From positions 878,697 to 942,696 of the forward strand of contig NZ_JAQIIX010000001.1 of NCBI RefSeq assembly GCF_036946495.1: DNA of 64,000 bases, read 5' to 3'. Below the pieces are notes generated by a model. It did not search any database. It was not told the DNA's origin and saw only the letters and a list, made by a program, of their open reading frames with translations. Positions within the stretch are counted from its first letter, which is position 1. Each line of letters begins with the position of its first letter. Made by a program: the position numbers and the translations under genes. This DNA is from Mycolicibacterium neoaurum. GTDB lineage: Bacteria; Actinomycetota; Actinomycetes; Mycobacteriales; Mycobacteriaceae. This document shows, piece by piece, positions 20,923 through 28,118 of the stretch.

Positions 20923-22038
20923 TCAACCCGCTGGATTCGCGGCTTTTGCCCACAATTTGCCCACACTCGCATCAAGGCGGTCGGCCACGCCAGCGAGGTC
21001 GTCATCGAACAAATCGGCGTAAACGTCCAGCGTCATCGCCGCTGACGCGTGCCCCAGCATCCGCTGAACCACCTTCACGTTGGCGCCCGACGAGATCGCC
21101 AACGACGCCGCGGTGTGTCGCAGTGCGTGCGCTGTGACCCTCGGGAACTCGGGGTCGGCGGCCTGGCAGCGGCCGACAGCACCAGCAAGCCAGGAACGCA
21201 CCGATGACGGCGGGCCGAGGTATCCGCCGTCGCGTGCCGGCCAGATCAGCTCGTCACGCGCCTTGCCTGCGCACGTCACCGCCAGCTCGTCGACGACGAA
21301 ACCGGACAGCGCCACCGTGCGGTGATGCCCGGACTTCAGCGTGCCCACATGTGTCTTGCCGCCGACCGCGACAGCGTTCTGGTGCAGCACGATCCGCCGG
21401 CGCAGGAAGTCGATATCACCCACGGTGAGCGCAGCGGCCTCACCCCATCGGAGGCCAGCGGTACCCAAGAGGAGGATCAGTGATCCGTAGCGGCCGGACT
21501 CCGTCGCTAGCCGGTGCAGCTGCTCGACGTTCAGGTACAGGTTTCGGCGCTTGCCGCGTGCTGGGAGCTTCACACCGCGGGCCGGGTTGGCGGCCAGAAT
21601 GCGATCGCGGACCGCGTCGTCGAGGATCCGCGCGAGCACCGAGTAGACGGTGGCCACCATCGACGGGCTCAGCTTCTCGGTCAGCTCGGTGACCCACGCC
21701 TGCACGTCGGTGTAGCGGATGTCCGATACCCGCGCCTGGCGCCACCGCGGCTCGACGTGGACGCGCCACGCTGACTCGTAGGAGCGGTAGCCGCTGGGCT
21801 TCATGTGGCCTTGCTGCCGCTGCATCCAGGACGGGCCCAGCTCCCCTATCGTGACGCGGCCGAGGGTCGGTGCGATGTATTCGCCGCGCCGCTTGGACAC
21901 CTCAACCTCGGCCGCGAAGGCCTCCGCGTCGCGCTTTGTCTTGAAGCCGCGCCTATCCGTCTGACGTCGGTCGGGGGTTCGATACCTGACCCGCCATCTC
22001 CGACCTGACTTGGTTTCGTAGGGTTCAACCCTTGCCAT
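20923..22038 (-). CDS. tyrosine integrase (phage integrase family)
   Basis: 371 aa. The N-terminal arm-binding type sequence is MARVEPYETKSGRRWRVRYRTPDRRQTDRRGFKTKRDAEAF. The catalytic C-terminus is GLRWGEAAAL...HALRHTAASLAISSGANVKVVQRMLGHASAAMTLDVYADL. The gene ends 46 nt from the tRNA. Confidence 0.95.
   Translation of the reverse strand: MARVEPYETKSGRRWRVRYRTPDRRQTDRRGFKTKRDAEAFAAEVEVSKRRGEYIAPTLGRVTIGELGPSWMQRQQGHMKPSGYRSYESAWRVHVEPRWRQARVSDIRYTDVQAWVTELTEKLSPSMVATVYSVLARILDDAVRDRILAANPARGVKLPARGKRRNLYLNVEQLHRLATESGRYGSLILLLGTAGLRWGEAAALTVGDIDFLRRRIVLHQNAVAVGGKTHVGTLKSGHHRTVALSGFVVDELAVTCAGKARDELIWPARDGGYLGPPSSVRSWLAGAVGRCQAADPEFPRVTAHALRHTAASLAISSGANVKVVQRMLGHASAAMTLDVYADLFDDDLAGVADRLDASVGKLWAKAANPAG
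20947..20962 (+). repeat. 16-bp repeat TGCCCACAATTTGCCC (candidate integrase arm-type site, P' side)
   Basis: The identical 16-mer is at 36262-36277 in the same orientation. This copy lies 69 nt inside attL and the other 87 nt inside attR. Confidence 0.6.
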
Positions 22039-22702
22039 TTTCTAGCTCCCCACGCAGTTCTTCGCGAAGCCGGCGCGATACGCGCCCCCTCTTCTGCTGA
22101 TTAGCATCCGAACCAGCCTGCTGGTCGCGCTCTTCACTAAAGGTGTTGCCCCACAGCCTAAATGACGCCAGAGACAGTTGTTGAAGATCCACGCCGAGCT
22201 GCTTAGCTAGTCGCCGCTCGGCGACTCCGCTTCGATGCAACAAGTCCGTCAGATCCCGCATTGTTACACCCATTCGAGATTCGAATTCGACCAGCGCCTG
22301 AGACCGCCCCTCCCCCACACCCGAGCTACCCGAATCAGATTCCCTTGCAGCACTTTCCGAGTCAACAAAGCTCATGACGCCGCGTTCAAGGAACTCCGCT
22401 AGGTCGAGCCCCGTCATCCGCAGCGAGTCATTGAGCTCTATGACCCCTTGATGCAAAACCAGGTCAGAGATGGTGACCACCGAACCGGTCGCATGCTGGA
22501 GGGCCATCGCCAACACGAGCAGAGTTACGAAACCCGGCGATGATCTAGCGGCCTCAAAATCGCCGACAGACGAGGCCGTCCAGCGCAGACCGAGCCGGCG
22601 AGCGGATCGCGCCAGCTCATCCTGAGTAAGTCCGGAATCCTGTCGAATCGCCTTGCAGTTGCGACCGATCACTTCGGCAAGAGTCAACGTTTCTTCCACC
22701 AC
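22025..22702 (-). CDS. XRE-family HTH protein (repressor-like)
   Basis: N-terminal LTLAEVIGRNCKAIRQDSGLTQDELARSARRLGL is a Cro/C1-type HTH. There is a second HTH-like stretch near the C-terminus (AERRLAKQLGVDLQQLS). It overlaps the integrase start by 14 nt and is divergent from the xis-like gene. GC is lower than the backbone. Confidence 0.8.
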   Translation of the reverse strand: MVEETLTLAEVIGRNCKAIRQDSGLTQDELARSARRLGLRWTASSVGDFEAARSSPGFVTLLVLAMALQHATGSVVTISDLVLHQGVIELNDSLRMTGLDLAEFLERGVMSFVDSESAARESDSGSSGVGEGRSQALVEFESRMGVTMRDLTDLLHRSGVAERRLAKQLGVDLQQLSLASFRLWGNTFSEERDQQAGSDANQQKRGRVSRRLREELRGELENGKG

Positions 22703-22798
22703 ATAACGGACGATATCTGAGTTTCACGTGACTTGACTCCGGATAGCGAATGATGCATCCTCGTCACACGTCACTGATAATCACGTATCACGAGAGGA
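22703..22798. promoter_or_regulatory. divergent early-promoter/operator region of the element
   Basis: A 96-bp spacer between divergent genes. It contains the palindrome TCACGTGA (22724-22731), ACACGTCAC (22766-22774), TCACGTATCACGA (22781-22793) and a -10-like TGATAAT (22775-22781). Confidence 0.5.
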
Positions 22799-23032
22799 TT
22801 GCTTGTCTTGACCGCTCCCAAGCGACCGCCCGATATCGACACCGCCCTACCGAAAGAGGTTGCCGACGCGTTGAAAACGACAGAACAGCGACTTGCCACG
22901 ATGCGCTATCGAGGTACTGGGCCTAAATTCTGCAAGGTCGGCAGGCGGGTCCTGTACCGCTGGTCAGATGTCCGCGATTTCCTCGAAGCCAACACCGTCA
23001 CTCGAACCGACGGGCCACGGGGCGCCGCCTGA
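22799..23032 (+). CDS. excisionase/AlpA-like helix-turn-helix DNA-binding protein
   Basis: 77 aa. EVADALKTTEQRLATMRYRGTGPKFCKVGRRVLYRWSDVRDFLE matches the excisionase-family DNA-binding pattern. The start is TTG at 22799 or 22808. Confidence 0.75.
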   Translation: MLVLTAPKRPPDIDTALPKEVADALKTTEQRLATMRYRGTGPKFCKVGRRVLYRWSDVRDFLEANTVTRTDGPRGAA

Positions 23033-23174
23033 TGTGGCCTCAGGAGCATCACGCCGATTTGGGTCTGGTTGACGATGACCGCACCCCTGACATGCGAACG
23101 ACCCCCGCGGTTCCCGGTGTTGACGCACCGGGCGAGGGCCGTAGCGACCAATCCACCCGTGAGAACAGAAAGGC

Positions 23175-23720
23175 ATGACCATCATGACACACCCCGAAAA
23201 TGACGCCGTGTCTTGGCGCGATCTCGCTGATCGGCTTACCGAAACGCAGGTATTGGAGCTTGAGTGCTTCGAGAAGCAGGCCGGCGACACCAGCGCGGAC
23301 GCCGCGCAACGCGAGTGGCTCATTGGGGAGGCGCGAGACTACATCACCGAGAACGCGGTGATTGCCGAGCTGACTGCCCGTATCCAACCGCCCCGTGGTG
23401 CCAGCGCCATTTTCAGTTGGGACAGCGTCGATAAGGCATCCGGCCTCCGATACCGAGTGATCCAGTGGGCCGCACGTGAACTGGGCTATTGCAGCGTTGA
23501 TATCGACGGATATCAAGACGAGACGGGCGCTGTCGATGGTCCGCACCTTTCCGTGTACGGGCTTGACGGCACACAGATCAGTACACCCGACGCCGTCAAG
23601 TTGGCCGAAACGCTCATCGAGGCAGCCGCTGAACTGGAGCGGCTAAAACAGGCCGAATCGGCCGCGGTTTCCGGCGGCCTCAGCCTGGACGGGGCAGAGA
23701 AGAGCATCCCGCGCCAATGA
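23175..23720 (+). CDS. hypothetical protein (element early region)
   Basis: 181-aa ORF with coding-like GC3. An ATGA junction overlaps the next gene. Confidence 0.6.
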   Translation: MTIMTHPENDAVSWRDLADRLTETQVLELECFEKQAGDTSADAAQREWLIGEARDYITENAVIAELTARIQPPRGASAIFSWDSVDKASGLRYRVIQWAARELGYCSVDIDGYQDETGAVDGPHLSVYGLDGTQISTPDAVKLAETLIEAAAELERLKQAESAAVSGGLSLDGAEKSIPRQ

Positions 23721-24520
23721 GCCGAGGAATGCCTGCCGTGGGTGTCGGAGAACAGACGTCGGTACCTCTCGACGATGCCGCGGCTTTCAACCCGCGAGAG
23801 TTCCGGAGAAGCCTTCGGAACATCGGTCTGACCCCCGGCCAGTTCCGCGTAGCGGTGGAATTGTGCGAGTTCGCCGGGCCGGATAAGCCCGAGGTTTGGC
23901 CTTCGATACCGACTATCGCCGAGAACTGCGAGATGACCCAAAAAGGTGTTCAGGTCGCGTTGAAAGCGCTCACAAAAAGAGGCTTGATCGTGTGTATTCA
24001 CGCGAGCAAGGGTGGTCGCGGGCAAACAAATCGGTGGCGACTCATGGTGCCACAAACCCCGAACGCGGGTTCGGGGTTTGTGGACCAAAAACCCCGAACC
24101 CCAGTTCGGGGTTTGGCATCAGAAACCCCGAACACAGAAGCTCCTAAACCCCGAACACAGAGTCCCGAAACCCCGAACGGGGGTTCGGGGGAAGTAGTTA
24201 GAAGAAGTGAATTAGAAGAAGACCGCGCGCGGCGCCCGTCACCAGAGCTCGACAACCCAGCCGCATACGGACTGCGCCCGAGGCCCCAACAAGCCCCTCC
24301 CTGCAAACGATGCAAGAAGATCCGAGGCGAGGGATGGTGCTCGGATTGCAAGTCACACCGAGAAGCCTGTCAGCGAGATAGGGCCGCGGCCGGTGCCGCC
24401 AGATCGGCCGCGATCGCGGCCTGCACGCTGTGCAACGAATACGGGGAACTTCTCGGCCCAGACGGTCGCACCCCCGTGGATCCGATCGTCCAGCACCACA
24501 ATGCTGCGAGGTCGGCATGA
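23717..24520 (+). CDS. winged-helix DNA-binding protein with C-terminal Cys-rich region (putative replication initiator/organiser)
   Basis: The wHTH-like N-domain is FRVAVELCEFAG...PSIPTIAENCEMTQKGVQVALKALTKRGLIV. A low-complexity linker is encoded by the iteron array. The C-terminus has CKRC...CSDC...CTLC cysteines. Confidence 0.6.
   Translation: MSRGMPAVGVGEQTSVPLDDAAAFNPREFRRSLRNIGLTPGQFRVAVELCEFAGPDKPEVWPSIPTIAENCEMTQKGVQVALKALTKRGLIVCIHASKGGRGQTNRWRLMVPQTPNAGSGFVDQKPRTPVRGLASETPNTEAPKPRTQSPETPNGGSGEVVRRSELEEDRARRPSPELDNPAAYGLRPRPQQAPPCKRCKKIRGEGWCSDCKSHREACQRDRAAAGAARSAAIAACTLCNEYGELLGPDGRTPVDPIVQHHNAARSA
24050..24221. repeat. iteron/inverted-repeat array plus C-free AT-rich tract (putative origin of replication)
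   Basis: AAACCCCGAAC occurs in direct orientation at 24054, 24089, 24123, 24146 and 24168. Three copies pair with an inverted GTTCGGGG(TTT) across 4-nt spacers; the first has 15-bp arms (24050-24083). The array is followed by GAAGTAGTTAGAAGAAGTGAATTAGAAGAAG (24191-24221), about 30 percent GC by hand count and containing no C. Confidence 0.65.
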
Positions 24521-24720
24521 AGCGTCACCCACGATCCGACCTCCAGCTGCCGCTGTTCTGGCTCTGCGACTTCTGTGGCTGGCCGATCATCGAAGGGCGG
24601 GGGCACCTGCACTGCCGGGTGGCGTCTCGGCGCTGGCTTCGCAGCGACAACTACGAGAGCTGGGCTCGGCAACCGGCACGTGACCCCAGCGTGGCGCTGT
24701 CCATCGAGGATGTCGGATGA
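24517..24720 (+). CDS. small Cys/His-containing protein, unknown function
   Basis: ATG at 24517 overlaps the upstream stop (ATGA). The 67-aa product carries CDFC...HLHC. Confidence 0.5.
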   Translation: MKRHPRSDLQLPLFWLCDFCGWPIIEGRGHLHCRVASRRWLRSDNYESWARQPARDPSVALSIEDVG

Positions 24721-25001
24721 CGACCAATCGCGGCGCTAGGCAGGGCCGACGCCCGGTACCGTCGCGCAAAATATGCGAGCGTGCCTACGCCGGCGCTCTC
24801 GGTGAACCCTGCGGGCAGTGCAAGGCAGCTGCTGGTGAGTACTGCACCCGCACCGACGATTACGGCGGGGTTCACGTTCGCCGGATCCCGTGCTTGCACC
24901 GGATTCAGCCGTCGCTGGTCGCCATTGACGATCAGGGGCCTGTGCCCGCCGTGGACTTCGCCGAACCCCGCCACGCACGCAACGACGATCAAGGGACCTG
25001 A
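24717..25001 (+). CDS. small Cys-rich protein, unknown function
   Basis: 94 aa with an ATGA overlap to the upstream gene. It carries a CGQC...C...C pattern. Confidence 0.5.
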   Translation: MTTNRGARQGRRPVPSRKICERAYAGALGEPCGQCKAAAGEYCTRTDDYGGVHVRRIPCLHRIQPSLVAIDDQGPVPAVDFAEPRHARNDDQGT

Positions 25002-25003
25002 CC

Positions 25004-25459
25004 ATGAGCACGAACCGAACCCCGCTCGATGACCTGCGCTACCTGGCCGCCATCAGTGCAGATCTCCTCGACTACGCGATCGATCGGCTCGGCCTGATCG
25101 ACATGCCGCCAGCCGCTGAGGATATGCAAACGATGCTTGAGCTGGTCCAAGGGAGGATCCGGGAGTCGCTGGCAGCGCACGCCGATGACGCGCACCTTCC
25201 ACCGTCGGCGCAGCGATACTCCGACGGCCGCGCCGTTCAGACAGTCGTCGATCGCATCGAGGACCACGGCATTCGACACACCCACATCTGGCACCCCGAC
25301 GTCACCCACGAGACGAATCAGCCTCACCGCGAACAGTTCACCAGCGGCGGCGGGCACCATGTCCGGGTCGTCGGCGGCCCAGGGGTGTTCGATGTGCTCA
25401 CGCTCGATGAGCTCAGCGCGCGGCGCCTGACCTCCAGCGAGGGTCCACAGCGGACGTGA
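25004..25459 (+). CDS. hypothetical protein
   Basis: 151-aa ORF with coding-like GC3. A GTGA junction overlaps the next gene. Confidence 0.55.
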   Translation: MSTNRTPLDDLRYLAAISADLLDYAIDRLGLIDMPPAAEDMQTMLELVQGRIRESLAAHADDAHLPPSAQRYSDGRAVQTVVDRIEDHGIRHTHIWHPDVTHETNQPHREQFTSGGGHHVRVVGGPGVFDVLTLDELSARRLTSSEGPQRT

Positions 25460-25782
25460 GTCGAATCGTCTCTGTGGACCGCTACGAGTGGCTGGAACGC
25501 GTTCTCGGGCACTGTGACCTGACCGCGACTCAAAAACTCGTCCTGATCGCGCTGTGGGCCTGCACGGACGATCTGGGTGCGAACGCGAGACCTGGAACGC
25601 AGGCGTTGGCCCGATTGTGCCGAGTCGGCAGCCGCGCGGTGGACGGCGCGCTGGCCGCTGGCCGGCGACTGGAGCTGCTCGAACAGACCTCCAGAGCGAA
25701 CCCTCGGCGGCGACAGATGGCGGAATACCGTCTGACACTTCCCATCCCACCGTCATCTGTACCGCGTTACAGCTGGTACTGA
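25456..25782 (+). CDS. winged-helix DNA-binding protein
   Basis: LTATQKLVLIALWACTDDLGANARPGTQALARLCRVGSRAVDGALAAGRRLELLEQ resembles the helix-turn-helix domain proteins common in actinophage early regions. Confidence 0.55.
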   Translation: MSRIVSVDRYEWLERVLGHCDLTATQKLVLIALWACTDDLGANARPGTQALARLCRVGSRAVDGALAAGRRLELLEQTSRANPRRRQMAEYRLTLPIPPSSVPRYSWY

Positions 25783-25886
25783 ACCAGAACAGGAGTGCAG
25801 GTAGACACCGGTCAACCCGAGCCGATGTGCAGACAGAACGCCTCAACCCGAACCCCCATGCAGGCAGAAGAGGGCAGACCCGAAAG

Positions 25887-26318
25887 ATGGCACGCACCAA
25901 AGAACCACCACCGCACGGGCACTCCAGGTATCAACAGCCCTGGAACTGCCGATGCGACCTGTGTAGGTCAGACGTAGCCGCAGCCGCCCGGGAACGGAGG
26001 AAACGGCGCCGCATGAATCCGACACCGCGGAAGCCGATGCGCACGATGCCTGTCGAGAAACTGAACGACCCGGTGCTCGCCGCACTGATATCTGCCACCC
26101 GGACACCAGCTCTGCCCGGAGCCCGATGCCGTGGCCGCGCCCACCTATTCGACGAACGACACCCCGACGAGAACACCGAGGTCGCCCGCCAGCGCCAGAC
26201 GCAAGCTCTGGGCCTGTGCAGTCGGTGCCCCGCACTCGACGCCTGCCGCGTGTGGCTGAACTCCCTACCCGCCAGCCAGCAGCCCAGCGGCGTCGTCGCA
26301 GGCCTACTGCGCGATTAA
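25887..26318 (+). CDS. WhiB-like Fe-S transcription factor with N-terminal CRC-x2-C extension
   Basis: ATG at 25887 in ORF 25554..26318. The Cys pattern is ARC...LCSRCPALDAC (C-xn-C-x2-C-x5-C) followed by SGVVAGLL, the WhiB-like turn. The N-terminus has YQQPWNCRCDLC. Confidence 0.7.
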   Translation: MARTKEPPPHGHSRYQQPWNCRCDLCRSDVAAAARERRKRRRMNPTPRKPMRTMPVEKLNDPVLAALISATRTPALPGARCRGRAHLFDERHPDENTEVARQRQTQALGLCSRCPALDACRVWLNSLPASQQPSGVVAGLLRD

Positions 26319-26352
26319 GCAGCACCAAATCCCCCCCACGAAGGAGCCCCGC

Positions 26353-26844
26353 ATGCCGCACGACCCGCGAGCGCTGAACACCATCGACTACCAGCGTGCC
26401 GCCGCGCTGATCGGCCACGAGGCCAACGGCTCGGCCGCCGGCATGCAGTTCGTCGTCGACCAGGCAGCCGGCGAGCGCCGCACCGCGCAGCTGCTCCTGG
26501 CCACCATCGACTGCTACCGCATCGTCACTGACGAGCTGCGCACCCCGGGCGCGCTCATGGCGGTGTGGCAGCTGATCGAGCAGGAGACACGCCGCCGTCC
26601 CGACAACGGTGACGCCCGCCGCGCGGCCACGGCTATCGTGGCGCGCCGCGACACCGACACCGACGCATTCAATGCCGTCCTGTTGGAGGCCAACGAAGTC
26701 GGCCGGCCCTTCGAACTGCTGGCGTCTGTGGTGGGCATCTATTCGGCGATCCTGCCCGAGCTGGCCACGCCGCACGCGACAGCGCACCTGGCGCAGTGGA
26801 CGGCCCGAATCATCGGTCGCGGCGACACCGCCGCCGGCGCGTGA
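26353..26844 (+). CDS. hypothetical protein, paralogue of 33158..33634
   Basis: 163 aa. It aligns by eye over its full length with the 158-aa product of 33158..33634 (QRAxAL, F-V/I-V-x-Q, LRT, RRA, PEL-x-P, LAQ). Confidence 0.6.
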   Translation: MPHDPRALNTIDYQRAAALIGHEANGSAAGMQFVVDQAAGERRTAQLLLATIDCYRIVTDELRTPGALMAVWQLIEQETRRRPDNGDARRAATAIVARRDTDTDAFNAVLLEANEVGRPFELLASVVGIYSAILPELATPHATAHLAQWTARIIGRGDTAAGA

Positions 26845-26990
26845 TTGAACATGCTCCGCAGGATCGGCTATCGTTGTGACAGCTCGGTATCCGCAGCACG
26901 CCAGGCCCCGCAGAAACGGCCCACCTGGACAGCTCCCGGTCACCATGCACCCGTCAGCGCGTATCCGCCTGTTCACGGTCTGGTGATCCT

Positions 26991-27449
26991 TTGAGCGAAA
27001 CACTCACGTATTCAGCTGTTCTCACAGTCGGCGAAGGCCGCACCGTGAGCGGTCTCCTCGTCTCCTACGGAGACACCGCCACCCGCGGTTGCTTTGCCCG
27101 CACGATCGCTGAGCGGGCGGCCAAGGTTCGGCTACTGGCCGACCTCGGCAAGGCCCGTCCCGTCGTGCTCGGTGAAGGCGCCCAGCTGCGGGAGACTGAC
27201 GAAGGCCTGCATGCGACGTTCGCTGTGCCCGAGGAGCTTTCCGCGGCCCTCGACATGGCCACCGACTGGCCGGTCACGGTCCGCACCCAACGCGTCGGCG
27301 CCAGCGAGTTCAAGCTGATCGATGTGCGCCTGGGGCTCCCCGGTCAGTCGCCGGCCCGCTCGCAACCAGCCGCGAGCACTACCGAACGCCGGATCTCCGC
27401 TGATACCGCCCGCCGCCGGTTGGCCCTGTTAGACCTGGAGCGCGCATGA
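26991..27449 (+). CDS. degenerate prohead-protease-like protein (possible scaffold)
   Basis: 152 aa with a TTG start. Its layout is protease-like (VSGLLVSYGDTA...VRLLADLG...LRETDEGLHATFAVPE) but it lacks the His and Ser contexts of the next gene. It shares the C-terminal TARRRLxLLxLER motif with the protease. An ATGA junction overlaps the protease gene. Confidence 0.55.
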   Translation: MSETLTYSAVLTVGEGRTVSGLLVSYGDTATRGCFARTIAERAAKVRLLADLGKARPVVLGEGAQLRETDEGLHATFAVPEELSAALDMATDWPVTVRTQRVGASEFKLIDVRLGLPGQSPARSQPAASTTERRISADTARRRLALLDLERA

Positions 27450-28111
27450 GAACCTTGGTGCGCGACAACCTTTGTCGGTCGCTGCCGTTCACCGCGGTCC
27501 GCGACGGGGCCGCCGACACCGACGCCGACGATGGCCGCAACTTCCAGGGCTTTGGGGCCATGTTCAACACCCCGACCCGGATCGATTCCTGGGGAGAGGG
27601 CAGATTCGACGAGCAGATCGCGCCCGGCGCGTTCCGCAAGTCGCTGCGCGAGGTGGCCCCGAAATTCCAGTTCGACCACGGCCGGCACCCACTGTTCGGC
27701 TCACTGCCCTGCGGGGTGATCACCGACATTCACGAAGACGAACGCGGCCTGTACGTCGCAGCGCGGATGGCCGCGGCCACGCTGTGGGAATCGCTGCGCG
27801 AGGCCATCGCCTCCGGTGCCGTCGACGGCATGAGTTTCCGGTTCTCCGTGATCCGGGAGGAGTGGCGCGACACCCGCGGCAAGCTCGTCCAGCCCGAAGA
27901 CGTCAAGCGGATCCTGTTCTACGGCGAACAGCCCGAACGCGCACCCCTGCTACGCACCCTCAAAGAGGTCCGCGTGACTGAAGTCGGCCCGGTCGTCTGG
28001 CCGGCCTACAGCAGCACCAGCGCCACGCTGCGCACACACCAATCCGGCAGCACCATCACCAGCTCCACGGCCCGACGCCGCCTCAAACTGCTCTCCCTGG
28101 AAAGGAACTGA
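27446..28111 (+). CDS. HK97-family phage prohead protease
   Basis: FQGFGAMFNTPTRIDSWGEGRFDEQIAPGAFRKSL, FQFDHG and VDGMSFRFS are motifs typical of the S78 prohead protease family. It lies immediately upstream of the capsid gene. Confidence 0.85.
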   Translation: MRTLVRDNLCRSLPFTAVRDGAADTDADDGRNFQGFGAMFNTPTRIDSWGEGRFDEQIAPGAFRKSLREVAPKFQFDHGRHPLFGSLPCGVITDIHEDERGLYVAARMAAATLWESLREAIASGAVDGMSFRFSVIREEWRDTRGKLVQPEDVKRILFYGEQPERAPLLRTLKEVRVTEVGPVVWPAYSSTSATLRTHQSGSTITSSTARRRLKLLSLERN

Positions 28112-28118
28112 CTCCACC

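Noticed and set aside
24012-24351. Small ORFs on both strands within the iteron array (61 aa, 83 aa, 117 aa)
   Set aside because: They are generated by the palindromic AAACCCCGAAC repeats reading open in several frames. The array lies inside the longer wHTH gene and is better explained as a DNA-level element.
24989-27003. 303-aa and 386-aa minus-strand ORFs in the island early region
   Set aside because: Their Arg/Gly/Pro-rich composition is that of artefacts. They are antisense to a chain of translationally coupled plus-strand genes with good GC3 bias and recognisable domains (wHTH, WhiB-like).
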